From a virus: DNA of 64,000 nucleotides. Below are positions 18,376-26,658 of this stretch, in pieces. The notes under the pieces were generated by a model, which worked only from the letters and a program-made list of their open reading frames with translations, ran no database searches and was not told the origin of the DNA. The stretch lies in IMG/VR virus record IMGVR_UViG_3300021373_002437, positions 1 through 64,000 of that record. One strand, 5' to 3'. A program made the translations under genes and the position numbers. The number at the start of each line of letters is the position of its first letter. Position 1 is the stretch's first letter.

Positions 18376-19125
18376 ATGCCTAAAAAGAGTTTACACCTAG
18401 TACAGACTGAACAAGAAAAACCAATATCCAATAGTCTAAAGATGAAGTTGGATGATATGATAACCGTACAAGCCAAGACCGAAGCACAGGGCCAGTTTAT
18501 GTCTCAGTATAGACACAAACCGGCCTTTTTGCTTCATGGGTGTGCGGGAACTGGAAAGACTTTTATCGCGCTTTACCGAGCACTAGAAGAGGTTCTAGAA
18601 AAGACAAGCACATACGATAAGGTCATTGTAGTTCGTTCAGCAGTACCTTCAAGAGAAGTTGGTCATCTACCGGGTGACATTGATGATAAAACGGAAATCT
18701 ACAGCTTGCCATATCAGGCAATGTGTGAAGAATTTTTTCCAAAGAAACAACAGCCCTATAAGCGCCTAGTCGAACAAAAACATCTGGTGTTTATGAGTAC
18801 TTCTTATGTTAGAGGTATCACTTGGGACCATGCTATTGTAATAGTAGATGAGTGCCAAAATATGAACGACATGGAGTTCAATTCAATCATGACTCGTGTC
18901 GGGGTAAATACTAAAATCATATTCTGTGGAGATTTCCGCCAGACTGATCTTGCAAGAAAGTACGACACATCGGGACTTAAGAAATTCATCTACACTGCAG
19001 AGGAAATGAAATCCTTTTGTACAGTTGAATTTGGCACCGAAGATATAGTAAGATCAGAATTGGTGCGGGAATACATAGAAGCCAGAATGCGAGTAGAGGA
19101 CTCGTATGTAGAAAATCCCATGTAA
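18376..19125 (+). CDS. phoH: PhoH family ATPase
   Basis: GCAGTGKT Walker A, GHLPG, RGITW, IVDECQN, GDFRQTDL, DIVRS. Confidence 0.95.
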   Translation: MPKKSLHLVQTEQEKPISNSLKMKLDDMITVQAKTEAQGQFMSQYRHKPAFLLHGCAGTGKTFIALYRALEEVLEKTSTYDKVIVVRSAVPSREVGHLPGDIDDKTEIYSLPYQAMCEEFFPKKQQPYKRLVEQKHLVFMSTSYVRGITWDHAIVIVDECQNMNDMEFNSIMTRVGVNTKIIFCGDFRQTDLARKYDTSGLKKFIYTAEEMKSFCTVEFGTEDIVRSELVREYIEARMRVEDSYVENPM

Positions 19126-19131
19126 AAAGAC

Positions 19132-19160
19132 TTGACAACCCCCAATTTAATTGGTATTAT
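19132..19160 (+). promoter_or_regulatory. Sigma70-type early promoter
   Basis: TTGACA-17 bp-TATTAT with TG extended -10. Confidence 0.8.
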
Positions 19161-19192
19161 ATACACATCAATTACTTAAAGAGGACTTTATT

Positions 19193-19399
19193 ATGACTAA
19201 TCCCACGAATGTTGTGGAAAGCTTCAACGAGGCTGTTACCCGAGACGAGAACTTTGTCGATGGGAAAATACACTGGAATTTCGTAGAAGCTGATGTTTAC
19301 ATGGACTCATCTGAGTTTGGTTTTGCCATTCCAGATGATTTTGATGTGCTTTTTGATACTTTGGCTTCTGAGTTCGAACAGGCCCAGCATGCCGCTTAG
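19193..19399 (+). CDS. Small acidic hypothetical protein
   Basis: GAGGA SD before ATG at 19193; WNFVEADVY motif. Confidence 0.7.
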   Translation: MTNPTNVVESFNEAVTRDENFVDGKIHWNFVEADVYMDSSEFGFAIPDDFDVLFDTLASEFEQAQHAA

Positions 19400-20147
19400 T
19401 ATTGATTGGAAGGGTAAGATTGGATATGGGGATATTGTATCCCCTATCTGCTATGCCATGAACGAAGCAGAAAGGCGGGATGATTCCGTCTTTCTGAACT
19501 TCCATTTCTCACACGAAGATGGGACAAAGTTTAAAGACCGGGATGCTGAGACAATCAATGACCGGGTGGATTTTATCTGGGACCATACAAAGAAGCCCAG
19601 ACAAAAGGTTAGAATGATGCAGATGATGCAATCTAGAATTGCACACGACCACACCAATTATACTCCCACAAACGAAACCTTACCATATCACAACTTAAGA
19701 TTCTCAAACACGTATGCGTGGACTGGTACAGAAGACCACGTTGCAGTAGTTCCCAGTACCCTGAATAAAAAACAGTTTCGGGACTATGCACCTAAAAAGG
19801 CATGGAAAGACCCTCTCGTTGGAGAATGGGATGAGTACATTTCTGGTATAAGTAATAAGGTTGAACAGGTTCACTATGAAACCCCTATTGAGGAAGCCTG
19901 TGAGATTCTTTCAACCGCAAAATTGGTAATAGGGTATCATGGTAGTGCCATGTGGCTTGCTCGTTGGATAGGAGCCCCGATGGTCATCTATTCACACCGT
20001 GACATATCCCAGAAGGTTTTTCCTTGGTGTGTTCCCAATCCAGACCCATTGAGAGTTCTCTTTGCTTTGGATGGAAGTATGCACAAGAAAAACAAAGTAC
20101 TTAGAGATTTGGAGGCTTACCTGAATAATGATTTACATTGGTTATGA
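19389..20147 (+). CDS. Putative GT-B glycosyltransferase (GT9-like)
   Basis: GKIGYGD at the N-terminus and LVIGYHGSAMWLA...GAP at the C-terminus resemble heptosyltransferase-like motifs. Confidence 0.5.
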   Translation: MPLSIDWKGKIGYGDIVSPICYAMNEAERRDDSVFLNFHFSHEDGTKFKDRDAETINDRVDFIWDHTKKPRQKVRMMQMMQSRIAHDHTNYTPTNETLPYHNLRFSNTYAWTGTEDHVAVVPSTLNKKQFRDYAPKKAWKDPLVGEWDEYISGISNKVEQVHYETPIEEACEILSTAKLVIGYHGSAMWLARWIGAPMVIYSHRDISQKVFPWCVPNPDPLRVLFALDGSMHKKNKVLRDLEAYLNNDLHWL

Positions 20148-20790
20148 CCCACGGGAGCAGCAGGCATATAACATCTGCGCGTTCTCTATAAGGAGACGAT
20201 CAAAAATTCCAGTAAAGCGGTTGTTCACTGAAGACATGGATATGTATACCCGTGACACCGGAGAACCACAATCTACGGATTTCACCTTCTCTAGATTTTT
20301 TGTGCCTATGCTGTCTGGGCATGAGGGCTATTCTATTTTTGTGGACTGTGATTTTTTATTTCTAGCAAACCCACTGGAACTTCTTGCACATGCGAGACAT
20401 GATCGATCAAAAGCGGTATGGGTTTGTAAGCACCCTAGGTATATTCCGAACACTGAAATTAAAATGGATGATATACCTCAGAATGCTTATCGCAGGAAGA
20501 ATTGGGCAAGCCTCATGGTATTCAATAATTCACATCCTGCGTGTAAGCGCCTGACCCCGGAATATCTAAATAACCACACACCGGGAATGGATTTTCATCA
20601 GTTTGAATGGGTGGATGATAAAGATATCGGAAGTATTCCGCTAGACTGGAATTGTTTGGATGGGTATTATCACCTTGACAAACCTAAAGCAATACACTAT
20701 ACTGACGGTGGTCCTTGGTTTGAAGGGTATGAAAATACCTTTTACTCGGACTTCTGGAAGAGAGAAGAGAGTATATTTAACCATGGTTAA
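20128..20790 (+). CDS. GT-A glycosyltransferase (GT8-like)
   Basis: IYIGYDPRE, STDFTFSRF, FVDCDFL (DxD), RKNWAS, HYTDGGPW. Confidence 0.85.
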   Translation: MIYIGYDPREQQAYNICAFSIRRRSKIPVKRLFTEDMDMYTRDTGEPQSTDFTFSRFFVPMLSGHEGYSIFVDCDFLFLANPLELLAHARHDRSKAVWVCKHPRYIPNTEIKMDDIPQNAYRRKNWASLMVFNNSHPACKRLTPEYLNNHTPGMDFHQFEWVDDKDIGSIPLDWNCLDGYYHLDKPKAIHYTDGGPWFEGYENTFYSDFWKREESIFNHG

Positions 20791-20980
20791 GACGAATATT
20801 TGGAGTATTAGCGTAGTGGATGGTATGGCTACCATAGAGGTACACAATGGTACCGGTGGTAATCGTTATAGCCTTTCCATGAAAAACGATGGGTGGCGGG
20901 ATTTGATATCTATATTAGATGCTGCTATGCAAACGGTAGATGACAGAACAATTGAAATGGAGGATTTATGCGAAAATTAA
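20783..20980 (+). CDS. Hypothetical protein
   Basis: ATG at 20783 overlapping the upstream stop; fills the gap between genes. Confidence 0.5.
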   Translation: MVKTNIWSISVVDGMATIEVHNGTGGNRYSLSMKNDGWRDLISILDAAMQTVDDRTIEMEDLCEN

Positions 20981-21366
20981 TTTTTACATTATGTCTTATG
21001 ATTCCAGCAATTACATTTGCGGAAGAAATCGAAGTGATTAGTGAGGTTCCTAATTACGTTACAATTTACCATCGACAGTGTGACTTACAACAAGTCTATG
21101 TTGATCAACCATCTTCTGGTGGTATAAATCTATTCGGTACTGCCATTGGTGCATTACTGGGGAATCAGATAGGTGGTGGTTCCGGTAGAGATATTGCAAC
21201 TGTTGTCGGTGGTGTTGTCGGGAACAATGTTTCAAATCGCCGGTCTTATAGACAGCCAAGGTTGGAATATCGTAACATCTGTAATGATGTTCCTACTGTT
21301 ATTCAGCGAGGCACTTTACTGACTTACAAGTATAAAGGAAAGGTTTATACTAGAGTCGTTGACTAG
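20968..21366 (+). CDS. Secreted glycine-zipper 2TM domain protein
   Basis: Signal peptide; GTAIGALLGNQIGGGSGRDIATVVGGVVG. Confidence 0.85.
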   Translation: MRKLIFTLCLMIPAITFAEEIEVISEVPNYVTIYHRQCDLQQVYVDQPSSGGINLFGTAIGALLGNQIGGGSGRDIATVVGGVVGNNVSNRRSYRQPRLEYRNICNDVPTVIQRGTLLTYKYKGKVYTRVVD

Positions 21367-21924
21367 ATGCGAAAAATTTTATACTTGGACGAAGTAGTTG
21401 TCCGACAGCAGTTAGTTTACGGCATTTCCAAAGAGGAAATGTGTGAGTGGTGGGATGTTCCTGAAGAGTTTTTAGATAATTTCATTGAAAAGAAGAATCT
21501 AAAAAAATATGCGGAAGAGGGATTGACATATCCAGACTCAGAATGTAAAGTCTGTATCTCATGTGGTGTGAAGAAGCACGAATTAAAGTTCCAGAAGGGA
21601 CGGAATCAGTGTCATCTTTGCAGGCGCAAACAGAAGAGCGAACGCTATTACAACATGATTCGTGAAATCTTGATAGAGCAAGGCAGAAACTATGCATGTG
21701 AAGAGTGTGGGTACGATAAGAACCTTTCAGCAATTCAGTTTCACCATAGAGACGAAAAGAAAAAAACCGAATCGATTTCTAGATTGAAAACAAAGAATGC
21801 TGGGAGAGATAAGATAGAAGCAGAACTTGCCAAGTGTGATGTTCTGTGTGCTACTTGTCATTCTGCCATACATAACCCACATTTAAAATCAACAAATTTT
21901 TTTGAAAAGGATAAGGATGAATAA
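21367..21924 (+). CDS. HNH endonuclease (free-standing)
   Basis: CEECG...FHHRD...CDVLCATCHSAIH, plus an upstream CxxC...CxxC Zn ribbon. Confidence 0.8.
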   Translation: MRKILYLDEVVVRQQLVYGISKEEMCEWWDVPEEFLDNFIEKKNLKKYAEEGLTYPDSECKVCISCGVKKHELKFQKGRNQCHLCRRKQKSERYYNMIREILIEQGRNYACEECGYDKNLSAIQFHHRDEKKKTESISRLKTKNAGRDKIEAELAKCDVLCATCHSAIHNPHLKSTNFFEKDKDE

Positions 21925-21926
21925 AA

Positions 21927-22439
21927 ATGTCACAACCATATTTCTTAGGAGACCCGCATTGGGGCCATAGAAGTATTCTCAAGTACCGGTCTCAGTTCTC
22001 CAGTATTGAAGAACACGATAACACTATCCTTGAGAATATTCTTAGTGTATCGGACAAGAGAGCAGTACTGTACTTGATGGGTGACTGTTTTTTTGACATG
22101 GAGGCTATTCGCTTCCTAGAACAAATTAGACCAAGATTCATGCATGTTCATTGGATTTTGGGTAATCACGATACTGATAGTAAACTCAGGCAGCAAGTTT
22201 TCAGGGAGGTCATTAAGCGTGATCTTGTTGATACCGTGCATAGTCTGAAGAAGTACCATGAATTCTGGCTTTCTCACGTTCCCATGCATGAGAGTGAATT
22301 GAGAGGTCACTTGAATATCCATGGACACACTCATGCCGAATTTGTTGACGATAGCAGGTATATCCCTGTAAGTTTGGAGCATATCGAATATAAGCCGATT
22401 TCTCTACAGCAGATCAGGGACTTGACAAATCGGGAATAG
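21927..22439 (+). CDS. Calcineurin-like metallophosphoesterase
   Basis: GDPHWGH, MGD, GNHD, SHVP, HGHTH. Confidence 0.9.
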   Translation: MSQPYFLGDPHWGHRSILKYRSQFSSIEEHDNTILENILSVSDKRAVLYLMGDCFFDMEAIRFLEQIRPRFMHVHWILGNHDTDSKLRQQVFREVIKRDLVDTVHSLKKYHEFWLSHVPMHESELRGHLNIHGHTHAEFVDDSRYIPVSLEHIEYKPISLQQIRDLTNRE

Positions 22440-22455
22440 TTTGCTATTATAAATA
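22422..22455 (+). promoter_or_regulatory. Overlapping sigma70 promoter (TTGACA-17-TATTAT) and late promoter (TATAAATA 22448-22455)
   Basis: Both consensus elements lie upstream of the small ORF, structured RNA and tmRNA. Confidence 0.75.
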
Positions 22456-22476
22456 GTACAAGTAATGGAGGTAAGT

Positions 22477-22578
22477 ATGAGCGATAGACAAGAATTACTG
22501 CCAGTTGTTACACGTATTATAGGCTTGACAGTTGTCATTATTGCAGTATCATATGTAATAGGTAACTGGATAACTTAA
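22477..22578 (+). CDS. 33-aa hydrophobic peptide (not in the ORF track)
   Basis: GGAGG SD; MSDRQELLPVVTRIIGLTVVIIAVSYVIGNWIT*. Confidence 0.6.
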   Translation: MSDRQELLPVVTRIIGLTVVIIAVSYVIGNWIT

Positions 22579-22581
22579 ACA

Positions 22582-22680
22582 TTGGCCCCCCTTAAAGAGC
22601 ATTGAGCAGTGTGATGACGGTCACAAGGAATGCAGACAGTAGATATGAGCGATCTACCAGTGCTTTTTAAAGGGGGCCAA
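22582..22680 (+). ncRNA. Unidentified ~100-nt structured RNA element
   Basis: ~23-bp closing stem TTGGCCCCC-C-TTAAAGAGCATTG / CAGTGCTTTTTAA-A-GGGGGCCAA with G-U pairs, enclosing two hairpins (TGTGA/TCACA and GTAGAT/ATCTAC). Confidence 0.55.
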
Positions 22681-22684
22681 TAAA

Positions 22685-23066
22685 GAATTCGATGACGCAG
22701 ATCGAAGAACGGACGGACGCGGGTTCAACTCCCGCCGCCTCCACCAAAAGCACACTACATATGGGCGACTGTTAGCTGGACTACATATTGGGTAGTAGAG
22801 TTACCGAGGAAAGAAACCTATTTCTTTAAGCTTGCTTGTTAATGGACAGTGCAAGTAGTGTGTTTTTGATGGGGGCGATACGGATTCGACGGACGGTGAT
22901 AGAGAAGCTGAGAATAGGTCAATGTGAAAGACCTTAAGGACTGGGAGTTCCCGGTTAAAGAAGCAAAAACTATAAACGCAAACGATGACGTTTATCATCA
23001 AGATATTTTGCTAGCTGCTTAAGTCTTGACGGGGTGCGGTGGGAGCCTTGTTAACCAATTCCCACA
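22685..23066 (+). ncRNA. ssrA: Circularly permuted (two-piece) tmRNA gene
   Basis: Acceptor piece ends GGACGCGGGTTCAACTCCCGCCGCCTCCACCA (22746); coding piece starts GGGGGCGATACGGATTCGAC (22871); G3:U70 Ala identity pair; tag ANDDVYHQDILLAA* at 22978-23022. Outer ends approximate. Confidence 0.92.
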
Positions 23067-23097
23067 ATTTTTACATATAATAATAAGAGAAATCTCC

Positions 23098-23859
23098 ATG
23101 AGTACATTTTTATTTGGTGATGATTGGAAGCTAAACTTAGCTAGAAACAAACTTCGCAACGCAACCTATGTTCATAAGTTTGGAGCGAACCCTACACCGA
23201 CAAATGGAGTTGAAGAATCGGTTTGGGATGGTTCTACTTTGTATCCTTGGTCAACTTGGGATGCGGGTGCTGATAATGTATATTTGAAATCGTCGGATGC
23301 CGGTGATGTTTCAATCACTGTGTTTATTCAGGGTCTTGATGAAAACTACGAACTACAGACAGAAATAGTTACACTTGATGCTACAGACCCTTCAGCAACA
23401 GCAGTAGCTTCTGCCAATACTTACATCAGACTTTTCAGAATGTATAATTCTAGCAGCACCCAAGAGGCGGGTAATATTACAGCACATTATGGGTCAGGTG
23501 CAGGGACTGTGGTGGCACAAATCACTGCAGGTGAGGGGCAAACTCTCATGTCAATTTACACCATTCCTGCTGGGCATATTGGTCTTCTTTTAGGCTGGGA
23601 TTTTTCTGGTAGTGCAAACTCTGCAATGACTTCTAGGTTGATGGTAAGACCTGAAAATAATGTTTTTCGTAATCAGCTTCAGGCTGCATCCTATGGTAGT
23701 AATTATAATAAAGATTTTTCTGTTCCGCTCGGGTTTACTGAGAAGTCTGATATTGATGTTCGGGTGACTGCTGGCACGGGTTCTGCTACGATCACATCTA
23801 CTTTTGGGATGGTCATAGTGAAAGATAATGAGTTTAATCTTTGGTCGCAAGGTTACTGA
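23098..23859 (+). CDS. Hypothetical phage protein (beta-rich, possibly structural)
   Basis: ATG at 23098 after AAGAG; VHKFGANP...ESVWDG...YTIPAG...EKSDI. Confidence 0.7.
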   Translation: MSTFLFGDDWKLNLARNKLRNATYVHKFGANPTPTNGVEESVWDGSTLYPWSTWDAGADNVYLKSSDAGDVSITVFIQGLDENYELQTEIVTLDATDPSATAVASANTYIRLFRMYNSSSTQEAGNITAHYGSGAGTVVAQITAGEGQTLMSIYTIPAGHIGLLLGWDFSGSANSAMTSRLMVRPENNVFRNQLQAASYGSNYNKDFSVPLGFTEKSDIDVRVTAGTGSATITSTFGMVIVKDNEFNLWSQGY

Positions 23860-24278
23860 CGGTGAATTTACCAAAAGCAGTTACAGTCGCGAAAGGACTT
23901 GGTGCCTTGATTGCGGTTATTGCACCAGTGTTTAGTGCGTGGATGTTTATCGATGCCCGATATGCCCACGAACAAGAAATGATTGAAATGCGAAGACAGC
24001 TTGAAATTCGAGATAATGAAAATCACATCTACACACAGAGAGTAGTAACCCAATCCAATATAAACGAAATCTTAGGGACCATCGATAACTATGATACTAT
24101 CGATGCTCTTAATGGCCCTGAAGTGGGACTTTCCCCCGCACAGGTACTCAGGAAAACAAAACTGGAAAGAGCCTTACTAGAGCAGCGACAACTACTTCAA
24201 GACTGGACTGCAGCAGAAAACGCATTAAGGTTGCAGCTATCCCCCGACTACAATAACCCCTCTGATTCAGAGGAATAA
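23841..24278 (+). CDS. Hypothetical membrane-anchored coiled-coil protein
   Basis: N-terminal hydrophobic segment, then helical region; start uncertain. Confidence 0.55.
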   Translation: MVARLLTVNLPKAVTVAKGLGALIAVIAPVFSAWMFIDARYAHEQEMIEMRRQLEIRDNENHIYTQRVVTQSNINEILGTIDNYDTIDALNGPEVGLSPAQVLRKTKLERALLEQRQLLQDWTAAENALRLQLSPDYNNPSDSEE

Positions 24279-24293
24279 GTAGGAGTATATATT

Positions 24294-24602
24294 ATGGACT
24301 TTTTGAAAAAACTTGCAATAGGTATTTTCGGCTTTTTTACTCTAGCGTATATTTTTGTTGCGCTGTATGCTATTCTTTTCATAGCTGGCTGGGTATTAAT
24401 CGACGCAGAGGAAATCCAAGAAATTGATGAAGAGATAGTCGTGGTTGAAGAGACTGTTTTCAATGTTGATGGTGTTATGTGTTGGGTCGGAAACCATCCG
24501 GTTATTACATATGACACATCAGACCAGACTGTTAAAATGAATATAACATGTGGGGTAGAAGTTTTAGATCATCATCTACCAGCAATTGAACGAACCCAAT
24601 AA
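24294..24602 (+). CDS. Hypothetical membrane protein
   Basis: AGGAG SD; long N-terminal TM helix. Confidence 0.7.
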   Translation: MDFLKKLAIGIFGFFTLAYIFVALYAILFIAGWVLIDAEEIQEIDEEIVVVEETVFNVDGVMCWVGNHPVITYDTSDQTVKMNITCGVEVLDHHLPAIERTQ

Positions 24603-24612
24603 GGAGTGAAGA

Positions 24613-24903
24613 GTGTTAGAAGTACTCGACTTTGATTCAATGAACCAAAAACAAAAACCATCAGACGTATTCCTAATAACAAAAGAATTTAATACTACAA
24701 CTCAGTTCTCTCAGTACATTGAAGAACAGGCAGTTAGGAGTGATTCTACTTGTATGGATATTCTGATTGATTATTGTGCGAAAAATGAAATTGAAATTGA
24801 TAGTGTTGGTAAGCTACTCAGCCCAACACTCAAGGACAAACTGGAAGCAGAAGCCCAGAATCTAAACTTACTTAAGGCGAAAACAACTAAATTACCTTTT
24901 TAA
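24613..24903 (+). CDS. gp33: Late transcription coactivator gp33
   Basis: FSQYIE...MDILIDYC..NEIEI..V.KLLS..LKDKLEAEA..LNLLK; gp33-59-32 synteny. Confidence 0.88.
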   Translation: MLEVLDFDSMNQKQKPSDVFLITKEFNTTTQFSQYIEEQAVRSDSTCMDILIDYCAKNEIEIDSVGKLLSPTLKDKLEAEAQNLNLLKAKTTKLPF

Positions 24904-24905
24904 TT

Positions 24906-25493
24906 ATGGAACCATTTGAAGTTTACAAACTTTACATGGCACTGAAACTACACTTTACCACAGACACATATGACATTACCGAATACAAAGGTGCAGTTCG
25001 TGCCAAGAAAGAAACCTTCCTCAAGAGAAAAGACCTTACCTCAATCAGAAAGTTAGCCAGAGATTACAAGCGAAAGGAAATAATAGATTTGCTTGTCGCT
25101 AACTTTGTGACCGGTGATAAATGGGGAGGATTGTTTGATCAGTCTTGTGTGGACAACTATAAAAAGTTCTTGACAAGACGCAAGCAAATGTTGTATAATT
25201 TAAATGCAGACTTAGATTTGATTCTCTTCCGCATGGAGAAGGATGGAATTGAGTCAGTACTTAAAGATGAGGGACACCCGCTAATTTTCAGGATGTACAT
25301 GGCGGGTGATATAAAGATTGAATCCCTTGTTATCATTGAAAAGCTTTTTCCTTTCATCGATGCTTATGCAAATGACTTTGTTCTAGAGAGTATATGTCGT
25401 TTGATTAATAAGTACAAGCCCTTTGTCAGATTTGATAAAGATGATGTTAAACAAAGATATTCAGGTAAAATACAGCAATGTCTAAATCAGTGA
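24906..25493 (+). CDS. gp59: Helicase loader gp59
   Basis: YKLYMALKLHFT..YD...Y.G motif; synteny. Confidence 0.9.
   Translation: MEPFEVYKLYMALKLHFTTDTYDITEYKGAVRAKKETFLKRKDLTSIRKLARDYKRKEIIDLLVANFVTGDKWGGLFDQSCVDNYKKFLTRRKQMLYNLNADLDLILFRMEKDGIESVLKDEGHPLIFRMYMAGDIKIESLVIIEKLFPFIDAYANDFVLESICRLINKYKPFVRFDKDDVKQRYSGKIQQCLNQ
25170..25199 (+). promoter_or_regulatory. Sigma70-type promoter inside gp59, likely serving gp32
   Basis: TTGACA-18 bp-TATAAT. Confidence 0.55.
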
Positions 25494-25663
25494 AAGATTA
25501 TCGCGCTGATGAACCAAAGAAAATTCATCGCGTAGGTAAGAAGCGCCCCGAACGCAACATTGATCGGGAATTAAAGCGTATAAATAATGTGGAGGACTTA
25601 GAGGATTTTGATTTCGATGAAATCCACGATGGTTATACTCAACATACTAATAAAACGCATTAA
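25478..25663 (+). CDS. Small hypothetical protein
   Basis: 61-aa ORF between gp59 and gp32. Confidence 0.55.
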   Translation: MSKSVKDYRADEPKKIHRVGKKRPERNIDRELKRINNVEDLEDFDFDEIHDGYTQHTNKTH

Positions 25664-25700
25664 ACTAAACTAAACTAAACTAAACTAAACCTAAATAAAC
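25661..25700 (+). repeat. (TAAAC)6 pentamer tract, putative gp32 translational operator
   Basis: Six perfect TAAAC units plus CTAAATAAAC directly before the GGAG SD of gp32. Confidence 0.8.
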
Positions 25701-25710
25701 GGAGATACTT

Positions 25711-26622
25711 ATGTCTTTTAATTCACTATCCGAGTTACGTAGTAATAGTAACATTTCATCCCTTCTCGCGGAAGTAGAGAAGTCCGAGAAAACCCAGTAC
25801 GACAATAACGGTGACAAGATTTGGAAGCCGACTGCAGATGCATCCGGTAGTGGTTCTGCCACAATCCGATTCCTACCAGCCCCACGAGGCGAAGACCTTC
25901 CATGGGTAAAAATGTTTTCACATGGTTTCCAAGGTCGAACCGGTCTTTGGTACATTGAAAACTCACTAACTACGCTTGGTCAACCAGACCCTGTTTCAGA
26001 GTTTAATTCAGAGCTTTGGAAGAACGGTACTGAACAAGATAAGGATGTTGTACGAAAGCAGAAACGAAAGCTTGATTTCTATGCTAACATTCTTGTGATC
26101 GATGACCCCAAGAACCCTGAGAACAATGGCAAGGTTTTCTTGTACAAATTTGGCAAGTCTATCTTTAACATCATTACTGATGCAATGGACCCAGAGTTCG
26201 AAGATGAGACACCAATCGACCCATTTAACTTTTGGGAGGGTGCAGCCTTTCGTCTTAAGTTCCGTCAAGTGGATGGTTATCGCAAGTATGACAAGTCTAG
26301 CTTTGACAGCCCTTCACCGATTTCTGATAACGACGAAGCTATTGAGGCAATTTGGAATCAACAGCATTCCCTTGCCGAGATTGTTGGGGCTGACAAGTTC
26401 AAGCCTTACGAAACTTTGAAGAAGCGTTTTTATGACGTTATTGGTAAGGGTGCCCGAGTTGGTACTGCAGAGAGTGTTTCTGAGATCACTGGTGATGCAG
26501 CAGATGATAACTTTGTTGCAGATGCGGTTGCTCAAACAGCACCACCTGCGAGCGAAGCGCCACCCGTAACGGACGATGAGGATACAATGGCATACTTTGC
26601 CTCACTTGCTGATGAAGATTAG
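25711..26622 (+). CDS. gp32: Single-stranded DNA-binding protein gp32
   Basis: IRFLPAP, HGFQG..G.WYIENSLTTLG..DPV, YKFGK.IF, DPFNFWEGA.F.LK, acidic tail YFASLADED. Confidence 0.97.
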   Translation: MSFNSLSELRSNSNISSLLAEVEKSEKTQYDNNGDKIWKPTADASGSGSATIRFLPAPRGEDLPWVKMFSHGFQGRTGLWYIENSLTTLGQPDPVSEFNSELWKNGTEQDKDVVRKQKRKLDFYANILVIDDPKNPENNGKVFLYKFGKSIFNIITDAMDPEFEDETPIDPFNFWEGAAFRLKFRQVDGYRKYDKSSFDSPSPISDNDEAIEAIWNQQHSLAEIVGADKFKPYETLKKRFYDVIGKGARVGTAESVSEITGDAADDNFVADAVAQTAPPASEAPPVTDDEDTMAYFASLADED

Positions 26623-26630
26623 CAAGTAAT

Positions 26631-26657
26631 AAAAAAGGGCTCTTCGGAGCCCTTTTT
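26631..26657. terminator. Bidirectional rho-independent terminator
   Basis: AAAAAAGGGCTC-TTCG-GAGCCCTTTTT between convergent genes. Confidence 0.9.
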
Positions 26658-26658
26658 G

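Noticed and set aside
22582-22680. SRP (4.5S) RNA, hammerhead ribozyme or terminator identity for the long hairpin
   Set aside because: Lacks the SRP GNRA-capped CAGG...AGCAG domain, the CUGAUGA/GAAA hammerhead core and a 3' U-tract
22712-22746. Apparent tRNA 3' half (T-arm + CCA)
   Set aside because: No D-arm or anticodon arm upstream; it pairs with GGGGGCG at 22871 and is the acceptor piece of a permuted tmRNA
23026-23097. ORF-track N-terminal extension of the 23098 gene
   Set aside because: It overlaps the 3' part of the tmRNA coding piece; the ATG at 23098 is the more plausible start
25661-25700. CRISPR-like or iteron repeat
   Set aside because: Contiguous 5-mers without spacers; position at the gp32 SD fits a translational operator better. 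No CRISPR array was seen in the window
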